Positions 1 through 9,790 of a stretch of DNA of 64,000 bases are shown piece after piece. The notes under the pieces are model-generated. The model was not told the DNA's origin. It saw only the letters and a list, made by a program, of their open reading frames with translations, and made no database searches. How positions within the stretch are numbered: position 1 is the stretch's first letter; each line of letters opens with the position of its first letter. The stretch comes from Candidatus Babeliales bacterium (lineage in GTDB: Bacteria; Babelota; Babeliae; Babelales; JANWKD01): contig CAVRJM010000001.1 in assembly GCA_963722075.1 (NCBI GenBank), positions 1 to 64,000 of the forward strand, in the 5' to 3' direction. The translations under genes and the position numbers were made by a program.

Positions 1-2711
1 TTGAGCATGAAAAAATAAGAGTACAGATGTATGCCAATAACTATGTATCATTATCAAAGCAAGATTATCTTCAATTACAACAGAATTACTCAGTTAGTTC
101 TCATGCGCTTGAAGTAGCCGCTCGAATGAATAATAACCAAGAAATTATATCGTTTTTAAATACGTACAATACTAATCAACATGCTTTTGAACAAGCAATT
201 AATCGAACTACCATTGATAAATTAATTCCAGTCTTATATACGTCAAATGGATACCCAAAATTGCAACTAAATACTTATGAAAAGTATCAAGTGGCGCGTA
301 TTATTACTGATTATTATAAAGATGTTTCTCCTGATAACTATTTAAATTTTGTTAAATACAATGCGGCGCAAGGCCATAAGGAATTTAATCAAATACTTAA
401 AGAAGAAACCACCTATGGATCATGGTTAAAACATGAAGCGACTAAATTTTGTGGTTTATTACAAGGTGTTTTTATCGGGACGTCTTTTAATGGCGATATT
501 AATCAATTTAGCAAGGTGATAAAAAATAACGATTTTGTTAATACATTTTATACCGTTGAGCAGTCAATTAAAGAAAATGATTTTACTCAAGCAAAAGCAG
601 TTCTTAATAACTATTTAACTACAAATGATGATAAATTTTTAATATATAAAAAATCATTACAAGATTTGTATACCACTCAGTTAGAAGCACAATGCGCTAC
701 CTTTTTAAAGCGACATGATATTACTCCATCGCCAAAAATAATAGATTTTGTAAAACATATGATTGAATCGCCAAAAACTTTTGAAACGGGTGCCTTATTA
801 TATAAAGAGTTAGCAAATAATCCTACGGATGAGCAATTTGTTAAAACTTTAAAGGCTTTTCTCGATAGAAATGGGATTCCTACATTTTATTCACACAATC
901 GATCATTATTAGATCATATCAAATATTTTAAAACTATTTCTCCTGAACATTTAAATGATCATTTAAAAATTTTAAAGTTACTTTTATTGCCTGAACGAAG
1001 TGGTGTTCAAGCAGGAGTACATTATTTAGCACAAGCATGTGTTGATGGTGAGCCGCTGGCTAAAAGTTATTCCTGTTTAGGAAATTCAATGGTAGCGGCT
1101 TTGGAAGGAAAAACACATGATAAAACAATCTTATCATGTACTGATTTTGCTTTCTTTTATTCAACTCCTGAAGTTTCTACTATTCAGCGACGTATTGTGC
1201 CTTTAGCAGCCAATTTAGTTAATGAAATTGAGCGTTTGAGTGCTTCCGCTGATACTTATGCACAAGCAAATAAATATAAATCAGAATTACTTGCTTTAAG
1301 TAAATTATTTCATCAAGAGAAATTAGGCGATAAAGATCATTATACGCTTCCTGATACCATCGAACGGCTTAATAGAGAATTGCATACTTTTAGCCGACCC
1401 GAAATGCATCGCTCCCCATCAATGGAACAATTATTTTTAGCACACACTGCTGAATATCTGGTTTCGACTAATATTGGCACATTAAGCTTAGATGAATTGA
1501 ATAAATTTTCAGGAACAGCAGAACAAAACGCTATACATACTGATATGATGCATCATATCAAGGTGATGAGTATTAAAGCTGCTACCATTGAAGATACAAA
1601 GCGCGCTGAAATTTTAAAAGTACATAATAAGCTTATTGAATCGGTCTATCAATTAAATAAAGATAGTAGAGTAACGTTGGCAAAAGGCGTGCTTACTGTT
1701 GCCAAAGATGTTGCTTCAATTTTAGTTACCGATTTTCCTTTTGATGAAATTGGAGAATATGCGTATCAAACCATAACTCATCCTATTGATTATATTGCGC
1801 GAACGGGAGAAGGAATTGCCACTGGCGTATGTGGCTTAGCGAAACTTCTTAAAGATAATATCCAGTTATTTCCTAATTCACCTGAACAGCATTTAGAACA
1901 AACCCAACAATATAACACCTTTCTGCATAATTTTTTTGATGGTTGGCAATCATTAGATACACAACAAAAAAAAGAATTTATAGCGCAATTGATGGTCGAT
2001 GGCACCTTAAATAAAGCATTCGGCAAATTACTGAACTTTTTAAATAAAAGTGGCCAATTAGGCGATTTGACTATGCCACTTATCGCTATAGGCGATAGCA
2101 GTTCTGGTATGAGTAGTGGCGCAATCCCACTTGCGCAAGCTGCCGTTTTACTTCATGAAGGAGTTGGTGTTCTTGTACCAGCAACTGCAGTTCCCGTAGC
2201 CGGAATTATTGAAGGGGTGGCAGATATTGGATCGATAATTCATTTATCAACCAATAATGGCGGCAACAATGGCAATAGTGGTAATGTTCCTCCCCCGCCA
2301 CAAGCGTCAGTGCTCGTTGATTTGTATACTGATAGGCTTTCTCAAGAAATTGTGGTGTATGTAGAACCTGGAAAAGGCAATGTTGTTCAGGAATTTACTA
2401 AAGACATTTTATTGAAAAAGGAATTTCATATTTTCTCTCCTAAGCATATAAAGGCAGGTATGGAGAAATTAGGTGATACCCGAGATATCATTGCTGCAAA
2501 AGTGGCTGATCTGATAAAACATGCTGATCTTGCTGAGAAGATTCATATGGGTGATAATACTATGAAAACAGTAATAAATGGTAATAAGGTACTAGTTAGA
2601 ATTATGGTAATAGAGGGCGAGGTAATTAATGTAGATGCTTATCTATGGGATAAAGTTAATGCGGTTTTAAAAGGAAATATATTCGAATTTATTATGGATA
2701 AATATAAATGA
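1..2711 (+). CDS. Large putative polymorphic toxin, 5'-truncated by the window edge; C-terminal Ntox35-like predicted RNase tip
   Basis: The frame is open upstream of ATG 27 to the window start. A long helical N-terminus is followed by a hydrophobic segment, a low-complexity linker (NNGGNNGNSGNVPPPP) and a C-terminal domain with HIFSPKH ... INGNKVLVRIMVIEGEVINVDAY, resembling the H/KH motifs of Ntox35. ATGA overlap with the next gene. Confidence 0.6.
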   Translation, partial: EHEKIRVQMYANNYVSLSKQDYLQLQQNYSVSSHALEVAARMNNNQEIISFLNTYNTNQHAFEQAINRTTIDKLIPVLYTSNGYPKLQLNTYEKYQVARIITDYYKDVSPDNYLNFVKYNAAQGHKEFNQILKEETTYGSWLKHEATKFCGLLQGVFIGTSFNGDINQFSKVIKNNDFVNTFYTVEQSIKENDFTQAKAVLNNYLTTNDDKFLIYKKSLQDLYTTQLEAQCATFLKRHDITPSPKIIDFVKHMIESPKTFETGALLYKELANNPTDEQFVKTLKAFLDRNGIPTFYSHNRSLLDHIKYFKTISPEHLNDHLKILKLLLLPERSGVQAGVHYLAQACVDGEPLAKSYSCLGNSMVAALEGKTHDKTILSCTDFAFFYSTPEVSTIQRRIVPLAANLVNEIERLSASADTYAQANKYKSELLALSKLFHQEKLGDKDHYTLPDTIERLNRELHTFSRPEMHRSPSMEQLFLAHTAEYLVSTNIGTLSLDELNKFSGTAEQNAIHTDMMHHIKVMSIKAATIEDTKRAEILKVHNKLIESVYQLNKDSRVTLAKGVLTVAKDVASILVTDFPFDEIGEYAYQTITHPIDYIARTGEGIATGVCGLAKLLKDNIQLFPNSPEQHLEQTQQYNTFLHNFFDGWQSLDTQQKKEFIAQLMVDGTLNKAFGKLLNFLNKSGQLGDLTMPLIAIGDSSSGMSSGAIPLAQAAVLLHEGVGVLVPATAVPVAGIIEGVADIGSIIHLSTNNGGNNGNSGNVPPPPQASVLVDLYTDRLSQEIVVYVEPGKGNVVQEFTKDILLKKEFHIFSPKHIKAGMEKLGDTRDIIAAKVADLIKHADLAEKIHMGDNTMKTVINGNKVLVRIMVIEGEVINVDAYLWDKVNAVLKGNIFEFIMDKYK

Positions 2712-3418
2712 ATGTCCAAGATTTTTTAAACTCAATTACCTCATTGATTGAAGATATTGAAAGTAAAGAGCACCCCTGGGATTTTATGCCGGCCATACAA
2801 TTATTTCAGCAATTCTTAAAAGATAATCCGGAGAATATTGAGGTTCGAACAAAATACGCGTTGTTTATTTATGATGACGTGCATGATGAAATGGAAGGTA
2901 TCAAACAATTGCATATTATTTTGAAATATGATTGTAATAATATATTTGCTAAATTTTTGCTGGGTTATATTGCTTATTTTTCAATTGGTGTAGTTGATGA
3001 TCTTACTAATGATATAATTTGTGATATGGAAATTAAAGATAATAATAAAGAATTGTTATCAATAAGAGAACTAATAAAATCTTGGTATTATTATTCCGAT
3101 AAAGAAAAAGAAAAAGAGTGTTTGCTAAAATCCATAGAATATTGGGATAAACATGTATGGAATTATAGGCAAGTAGGCCTTTATTATTATTTTAAAAAAG
3201 ATTACAGAAGTGCTTATTATTATTTTGAAAAAGCATTTAGCAATATTCAATTGGTGTATACCAACTATGATAATCGAGAATTGTTTTCCCCTGAATTATT
3301 TATAAATGAACAACTTAAAGGGATATATGTAAGTCATTTTTGCTTTGAAGGGTTACAAAGTTTAATGCAAGAATGCGCCTTGAAAAGTTGTAAGGCGGAT
3401 CCCATGGTTACCAATTAG
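2708..3418 (+). CDS. TPR-like helical protein, putative cognate immunity protein
   Basis: Translationally coupled to the toxin (ATGA). TPR-like segment WNYRQVGLYYYFKKDYRSAYYYFEKA. Duplicated immediately downstream. Confidence 0.6.
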   Translation: MNVQDFLNSITSLIEDIESKEHPWDFMPAIQLFQQFLKDNPENIEVRTKYALFIYDDVHDEMEGIKQLHIILKYDCNNIFAKFLLGYIAYFSIGVVDDLTNDIICDMEIKDNNKELLSIRELIKSWYYYSDKEKEKECLLKSIEYWDKHVWNYRQVGLYYYFKKDYRSAYYYFEKAFSNIQLVYTNYDNRELFSPELFINEQLKGIYVSHFCFEGLQSLMQECALKSCKADPMVTN

Positions 3419-3419
3419 C

Positions 3420-3461
3420 TTAAAAGGCAATGTATTTGAATTTATAATGGATAAGTATAAA
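3420..3461 (+). pseudogene. Orphan copy of the toxin 3' tip (LKGNVFEFIMDKYK)
   Basis: ttaaaaggcaatgtatttgaatttataatggataagtataaa closely matches the last 14 codons of the toxin (about 2667-2708, LKGNIFEFIMDKYK). Confidence 0.85.
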
Positions 3462-4175
3462 TTAACGCTCAGAATTTTATAAGTTCAATTATCTCATTGA
3501 TTAAAGATATTGAAAGTAAAGAGCACCCTTGGGATTTTACGCCGGCCATACAATTATTTGAACAATTTTTACGAGATGATTCTAAAAAATGTTGAGATCC
3601 GAACAAAGTATGCATTATTTACTTATGTAAATTTGCATGACGAAATAGAAGCAATAAAGCAATTACATATTATTCTTAACTACGATCTTAATAATATATT
3701 TGCAAAATTTTTACTGGGATATATAGCGTTTTTTTCTTTTGGAAGGGTAGATGACCTCACTAATGATATTATTTGCGAAATGCAAATTGATGAAAGCAAT
3801 AAAGAGTTCTTATCAATAAAAGAACAAATAAGATCATGGTATTATTATCTTGATGATAAAGAAAAAGAAAAAGAACATTTGTTAAAATCTATAGAATATT
3901 GTGATAGGCATGTATGGAATTATAGAGAAATTGGACTTTATTATTATTATAAAAAGAATTATAAAACTGCTTATTATTACTTTGAAAAAGCACTTAGTAA
4001 TATACAATTGGTATATACAAACTATGATAATCGTGAATTGTTTTTCCCTGAATTATTTATAAATGAACAACTTAAAGGTATTTAAGTGAGTCATTTTTGT
4101 TTTGAAGGTCTTCAAAGTTTAATGCAAGAATGTGCCTTGAAAAGTTCTCAAGTTGATCCATTTGTTACCAATTAA
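3461..4175 (+). pseudogene. Degenerate second copy of the immunity gene
   Basis: Colinear with 2708..3418, but ATG>ATT at 3461, a +1 frameshift in the A6 run at 3584-3589 and a TAT>TAA nonsense at 4083. Homology continues to ...DPFVTN* at 4175. The ORF-track 3510..4085 is a fragment of it. Confidence 0.85.
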
Positions 4176-4199
4176 TTTTTAACTTTTTATGAATGGTTG

Positions 4200-4646
4200 C
4201 AATGGAAATCCTTAATTTGCGAATTCATTCACTAGAAGTATCGGAAAATTAATAGAAAAATGAGCCAATGCCGATGGCTAAGAAGATGAATCCCATTGAT
4301 GATAAAAAAACCGAAGCCTGTTTTAAGCGTTTACCTTGATGCTTACGCAATGCGGTTAATTTTTTCTGATCTTCTTCACGCATTATACTCGCATTGCTAC
4401 TAGCATTTCTTCATCGGGTGATAGGGGAATATCATTGTATCAAACAATAGCCTTTTAACCAGGCAATTAACCATGTCCACAAAATATTAGTCCTATGAAG
4501 AGTGCAACTTCTGTAGTTGGTAGAAATTTGCTGATTTGAGAGGCTTTCTGATACGAATTTTTTGAATATTGATGTTCATTAAAAGCTGTAGTATTTCCAA
4601 TTACATTAATTGCTATGATAATGAAAAAGTATCTGAATAGTCTCAT
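4200..4646 (-). pseudogene. Degenerate paralogue of the adjacent 4692..5117 membrane protein
   Basis: From ATG 4646 it reads MRLFRYFFIII..., with several in-frame stops, then YNDIPLSPDEEMLVAMRVMREEDQKKL, which aligns with FRDMPINDLEKIVVALRGITPPEDREKL of the neighbour. The 3' end is approximate. Confidence 0.55.
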
Positions 4647-4691
4647 GACTTTTTTCTTTAAATGGTAAAAAATTATTTTTTTAATTCTATA

Positions 4692-5117
4692 TTACCGATG
4701 AGATGCGGCGGTTGCAATAGTGTTACCAGCTGTTAACGAAAATACGCCAAATAAGCCAAATACGAATGCTCCTAATAAATATAACCGAGCTTCTAAATTA
4801 TTAGTTTTATTTAATTTTTCACGATCCTCAGGAGGGGTAATTCCTCTTAAGGCAACTACAATTTTTTCAAGATCATTGATGGGCATATCCCTAAATTTTC
4901 TTATAGCATTGAAACCGCAAATGATAGCTAAAATATTTAATGTTATGCCATATCCTAAAAGAGTTGCCGCTGCTAAGGCGCTTTCATTGGCTGTCATGCT
5001 CGGTGATGTTATCAGAGGAGCAGGGTGAGTGGCAGGTGCAATAGAAATGCCATTATTACCTAACGTATTATTACTTAAAGAAAGTGTGGTAAGGGTTATT
5101 AAAAATAGTTTGTTCAT
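4692..5117 (-). CDS. Hypothetical exported/membrane protein (signal peptide + 2 TM)
   Basis: Likely start MNKLFLITL at 5117; two hydrophobic segments. Confidence 0.65.
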   Translation of the reverse strand: MNKLFLITLTTLSLSNNTLGNNGISIAPATHPAPLITSPSMTANESALAAATLLGYGITLNILAIICGFNAIRKFRDMPINDLEKIVVALRGITPPEDREKLNKTNNLEARLYLLGAFVFGLFGVFSLTAGNTIATAASHR

Positions 5118-5251
5118 GCCAAAGTCCTTTACTTTAATTTTTGAGTTTAAGTATATACAGCGATATTTAGAGTGTAAATTGATGGTTTCAATAAAACTGG
5201 TACCAAAAGTTCTATTCAATGGTTAAAATAGAGAATCATAGAGAAGCGAAA

Positions 5252-5280
5252 TTGACTTTTATATGATACTGATTTATTAT
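5252..5280 (+). promoter_or_regulatory. Putative sigma70 promoter
   Basis: TTGACT-17 nt-TATTAT about 45 nt upstream of ATG 5325. AT-rich context makes chance matches likely. Confidence 0.4.
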
Positions 5281-5324
5281 CTAAGAAATTTATAATTAAT
5301 TTAAATATTAAAAATTTTTCTATT

Positions 5325-5891
5325 ATGAAAATTCTATTAAAAACAGTTGCAACATTCATTTTATTTTCGGTAGCAAGGTTGAGCTACGGAACTCCAAAAG
5401 AAGAACTACCAAAATCATTATTTACCCTTTCGGATTTGATGAATAAAATCTTATCAGGAAAGGTGCGAGGAATTGATATTTGCCATGATGAGCATTTAAA
5501 AGATAAATCTCAAGAGATTAAGCAATTTATATTAAATCGTCATAAAAAATTAGAGCTCAAGCTGGAGCATAAAGAAGAATTGCATAAGCAAGCTGATAGA
5601 AATATTTATATTTATACGGGTATACTGGCGCTTACTGGATTGGCTACCATGGGATTGGAAATGGTTTTAAAAGATTATATAGGGTGGCAGTTACTGCAAA
5701 CGCGTGGATTTGATGCTATTTCTTTTGTTAGTTTTCTTCCTACCTTAGTACTCTTTTATAAATGGGGAAGCAATGTGGTCAAAGTATTGAGAACTAATAA
5801 GCGGATAATACAGTTACGTGATAAATTAAAGAATGCCAAGCATGCTGCAAATGCGATTGAAAAGCATCATAATAAGGGGAACAAAATATGA
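5325..5891 (+). CDS. Hypothetical protein: signal peptide, coiled coil, 2 TM
   Basis: N-terminal signal-like peptide, charged helical region and two close hydrophobic segments; ATGA-coupled to a similar gene. Confidence 0.7.
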   Translation: MKILLKTVATFILFSVARLSYGTPKEELPKSLFTLSDLMNKILSGKVRGIDICHDEHLKDKSQEIKQFILNRHKKLELKLEHKEELHKQADRNIYIYTGILALTGLATMGLEMVLKDYIGWQLLQTRGFDAISFVSFLPTLVLFYKWGSNVVKVLRTNKRIIQLRDKLKNAKHAANAIEKHHNKGNKI

Positions 5892-6457
5892 AAATTATGT
5901 TAATTGGTCTCTGCATTTTTTTATATATACCACAGTTTCTTACGGCTTCCTTAGAAGAGGAAGTGAATAAATCCAATTTATTGAATGCAGCGGATATGAT
6001 TAATAAATGGCGGGCAGATAAATATATTATTATAACTGAAGAGAATGAAAAAAAAGCTAAAAAATCTTTAAGGTTATATGTTAAAAAATTAGAACAAAAA
6101 TTACATCAAAAGGAGCGAGAAGAAGAAAAATACAAAGATTTGGTAGATAAAAATATAGACAATTCTCTCTTAAAAACAGGAAGTTTATTATTAGGGGGCA
6201 TGATGACAATTGTGCCATTCATTTATGCCAGTGAAAACCATCCAGTAATATTTTATGCTAAAGCAGCGGTGTTATGCACCCCATTAGCCTATGGCGTTGT
6301 TGATATTTATTATAGAATGTCTAATAGTCTTATACAGTTTTTTTCAACGGTTATTCAACGTCATGTTCTTGTGAATAAGTTGAATGGCTCTATAAAGTTA
6401 TTAGTAGCTATTAAAACTAGAATTTATTTCAGAAAACTCGCACAAGCAACTACATAA
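5888..6457 (+). CDS. Hypothetical protein: signal peptide, coiled coil, 2 TM (probable paralogue of 5325..5891)
   Basis: Same architecture and length. KKLEQKLHQKE...LVDKNI resembles KKLELKLEHKE...QADRNI. Confidence 0.7.
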   Translation: MKIMLIGLCIFLYIPQFLTASLEEEVNKSNLLNAADMINKWRADKYIIITEENEKKAKKSLRLYVKKLEQKLHQKEREEEKYKDLVDKNIDNSLLKTGSLLLGGMMTIVPFIYASENHPVIFYAKAAVLCTPLAYGVVDIYYRMSNSLIQFFSTVIQRHVLVNKLNGSIKLLVAIKTRIYFRKLAQATT

Positions 6458-6699
6458 AAATTTTTCGTTTGTCACGTTGCCCACAATGTTCTTCATAAAC
6501 AAATTGGAATAATCCGATTAATGCAAGTAAGCTTCCTATACTAAGTGAAAAAAAGAATATTTTTTTATAAGGAGAGAAATTATACAAATTTGTATCAGGC
6601 AATTTTGAGAAAAAAACAGGAGTTTTTAAAAAGGGCGGCATGGGCAGCGGTGTGAAATTGAACTCATTACCTATGTTTAGACATTTATAAATATAAGAA

Positions 6700-7542
6700 T
6701 TAAAAGTGATGGGGTTGAATGATTAGCCCATCGAACGATAAAGGCAATTGGTTAATTAATTTAGTTGATCCATGAGTTGGTAAAGGCAAGGTATATGCCA
6801 GCATATTGAAGGGGATTTGTGATAATATGGTGTGCATAATATTCTGCTTTACGTATTTAGGAAAGAGCTTATGAAGGGGAAAGCTAAGAGAGGTGGAATC
6901 TAATTGTCTATCCATAGATATTAGTGCAAAAAGCGGAACAATTAGCTTTTGACCGGAAATTTTTATAGACCCTATAGCTTTTATAAGTGATCCAATTAAG
7001 GAGCTTGCAGCAGTAATCGGTAGTGATATGATTGCTGCAACTGGTAATCCAGATATAAATAAGCCGCCGATATATCTTGCCGACAAATTCAATGCCTCTT
7101 GTGCTGTTGCTTGTGAATGTAGTGACAAGGGATTGTTTCTTAAATCGACCGTTCCCGTTTGATTAATTCTGAATGGTGGAATTATTACTAACTGGTTAAA
7201 ACATAATAATAAAGTGAAATCATTAGGAAGATATGACGGCATTTCGATATGAGAAATTGAGTTTCGAACTAAATTAAGCTGTTTTAATTGAGGAAATAAA
7301 GCAATAATTTGCTTTATATTAACATATTTAAGACGATTATTGCTTAGATTAATAGAAACAGATGGATTGGCAAAACGCTCGATACCATCTAATGTTTCAA
7401 TTTTTCTATGAGAGAAATTAAAGCTGGTGATTGAAGCATCTTTAAATCTGTGTTGATATAAGGCGCGTATTTTATTCAAATATAAATATGCTGCATCTGG
7501 TATCGCATCAAGCGAAGTTTCGTTCCAGAGCCGTCTACTCAT
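6700..7542 (-). CDS. Leucine-rich repeat protein, probably 5'-truncated
   Basis: LRR motifs INLSNNRLKYV, LKQLNLVRNSISHI and VDLRNNPL. The frame extends upstream without a start to about 7630 (KIKTVSNIDVLFECADALEAP). Confidence 0.7.
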   Translation of the reverse strand: MSRRLWNETSLDAIPDAAYLYLNKIRALYQHRFKDASITSFNFSHRKIETLDGIERFANPSVSINLSNNRLKYVNIKQIIALFPQLKQLNLVRNSISHIEMPSYLPNDFTLLLCFNQLVIIPPFRINQTGTVDLRNNPLSLHSQATAQEALNLSARYIGGLFISGLPVAAIISLPITAASSLIGSLIKAIGSIKISGQKLIVPLFALISMDRQLDSTSLSFPLHKLFPKYVKQNIMHTILSQIPFNMLAYTLPLPTHGSTKLINQLPLSFDGLIIQPHHF

Positions 7543-7615
7543 TTTTCGTAATATATTATCCGGTGCTTCTAATGCATCAGCACATTCAAATAGAACATCA
7601 ATATTAGAAACTGTT

Positions 7616-8751
7616 TTAATCTTTTTTTGTTTTTAATACATTTAATTTGGTAAATGAAAGTTCTACTTCATAATTTGGAAAGCTGAGTTTGAGCTTATTT
7701 GTTTTGGTATCATAATTGCTAATGGTTAAGTAACCGGTTTGAAAAAGAAGTGGCATTAAAGAGATATATTCAATTTCAAAGTTCCCTAAACTGCTCTGAT
7801 CAATTTCAATTTCTTTAATATCTTCAATAATAGTATAATGTTTGGTAATTAAATGTATTAAAAAACTGGGTGTTCCCGATTCAAACCAATAATTAAGCAA
7901 CTTTTGATCATGAAGTGCATAAAGGACTGAAAATGGATTATACACATAGATAGGATCTTCTGAAAATCGATAGCTATTGTACCATTTTTTTAATTCTTGA
8001 AGGAGCTCTTTTTTTGAAATGTCTTTTTTATTTGCAAAATCGTGAATATATGATGAAAAATAATACTCAAGTTCCTCTTGCGTATACCCAAGTAATGATG
8101 CGGTCTCTGGCTTTAAGGAAATATCATTAAGATTATTCATGCCAGAAAAAAGTGATGTTTTTGAAAATCTACTTACCCCGGTCAGAAATACAAATCGAAG
8201 ATATGAGTCAAGTCCTTTGATAACACCATAAAAGCTTTTAAGCACTTCTCGTTGTTTATGGGCTTCAGGAAGATTATGTAAATGATCTAGAATTGGTTTA
8301 TCATATTCATCAATTAAAACTACTACTTTGTTTTTAGTGGGTAATTTTCTTATTAAATCGATAGCTGTTTCTTCCGGAGTATCATAATGGTTGGCTTCTA
8401 TTGAATATTTGCTGGCTATTTTTCTTAATCGATTATTTATACTAGTTCTTAATTCTTCAGCCGTTAAATGCGGTATTATCGAAAAATCTAAATGGATTAC
8501 CGGGTATTCTTGCCTATCATAATCACTGCTGCCAATCCATAAATCATTAAATAGATTATTATTTCCAAGAAAAAGTTCTTTTAAAGTAGAAACTAACAGT
8601 GTTTTACCAAAACGACGGGGTCTAGATAAAAAATAATATCCTTTTTTTTTACTAAAGGGTAAATATATTCAGTTTTATCAACATATACATAATTACCCGT
8701 GATCATTTCATTGAAATTGCTTACGTAAAGAGGAAGCGATTTTGTAATCAT
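7616..8751 (-). pseudogene. AAA-ATPase-like (PF09820-type) protein, frameshifted and lacking its C-terminal PD-(D/E)XK nuclease
   Basis: ATG 8751 MITKSLPL...YVYVDKT; frameshift at the T9 run 8642-8650; then YYFLSRPRRFGKT (Walker A), VVLIDEYDKP (Walker B), FLTGVSRFSK, VYNPFS, YWFESGTP and LFQTGYLTI. It ends shortly after FPNYEV. Confidence 0.85.
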
Positions 8752-8870
8752 AGAAGGGCTTTTTTATAAATATAGAAGTTATCTTATTAGCATTCTAAAG
8801 TAACTATTAGAGAATGGCAACGATGACTATTTTTACTTGGCAAACTATTATTTTTGTATTAAAAGATAGT

Positions 8871-8962
8871 ACTGGATCTGGATCCCCACGGTCGCTTTGC
8901 TCCTCAGGATGACAAATGAGGAAATTTGTTGTCATTCTGAGCGAATGCGTAAGAATCCAGTT
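8871..8962. repeat. Palindromic REP-like element pair
   Basis: ctggatccccacg...tcaggatgaca / gtcattctgagcgaatgcgtaagaatccag; the same GTCATYC...RATCCAG family as the other copies. Confidence 0.8.
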
Positions 8963-8999
8963 ATGAAAATAATTCCTAATTCTGTAATGAAAGCGTTTT

Positions 9000-9779
9000 A
9001 TGATAAGAAATTGTCCATTCTGTAAAGAACATAATTCAGTTCCCTATATGAAGCCAACTGCCTGGAATAATCGGCACGGTATCGAGCTGCGCAAATGCAA
9101 GCCCTGTGGTTTTGTATTTAGCGCGGTTTCCATTTATGAATACACGGCCGCGGGAACACAATACCTCAATAAAACCAAAGAAGATTTTTTGAAAGAGGCT
9201 GCAAAACAGCAATTACCCGCGCTTGCAAATGAATTGTTGCAAAAGACAAAGTTGCAAGAAGGAAAAGTGTTAGATTTTGGCTGTGGTATTGGGCTTTTGG
9301 CGCTCTGCTTACAGCAAAAAAAATGTAAAACCTATGGTATTGAGCCTTCAAAAATATGTTTAGAACATCATAAACAATTGGATATTGTTTCAACAGATTC
9401 CATGGAGCAATTTGCAACTCAAAAAAATAGCTTTGATTTGGTGATTATGAAGGATGTGCTTGAACACGTGGATAATCCCGTAGAATTATTACAACAAGTT
9501 GTATCATTTGTAAAACCAGGGGGTTATTTTTATATTCGAGTGCCCAATGTGTATCATTATCCCTTTCATTGGTCGATTGATACTAAATCTCATGTTAATC
9601 ATTTTTCTCCACAAAAATTAACCGCATTACTAAAAGCCAATAATATGAAGCGGGTAGATTTTGTATCAGTATATGATGTTTCAACACGAGTGGGTAAATT
9701 GTATAACGCTGTTTTTTGGCAGTTGCGCTCTTTTATTCCGTTGTATCATCAGATTTCATTTTTATGTCAGCGCGTGTAG
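9000..9779 (+). CDS. Class I SAM-dependent methyltransferase with N-terminal CxxC...CxxC
   Basis: VLDFGCGIG motif I, GIEPS, FDLVIMKDVLEHV, VKPGG and HVNHFS. Confidence 0.9.
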   Translation: MIRNCPFCKEHNSVPYMKPTAWNNRHGIELRKCKPCGFVFSAVSIYEYTAAGTQYLNKTKEDFLKEAAKQQLPALANELLQKTKLQEGKVLDFGCGIGLLALCLQQKKCKTYGIEPSKICLEHHKQLDIVSTDSMEQFATQKNSFDLVIMKDVLEHVDNPVELLQQVVSFVKPGGYFYIRVPNVYHYPFHWSIDTKSHVNHFSPQKLTALLKANNMKRVDFVSVYDVSTRVGKLYNAVFWQLRSFIPLYHQISFLCQRV

Positions 9780-9790
9780 GGCAGACAATA

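Noticed and set aside
3510..4085. 191-aa ORF as an independent intact gene
   Set aside because: Its N-terminus is an out-of-frame read of the immunity pseudogene and it ends at a premature stop.
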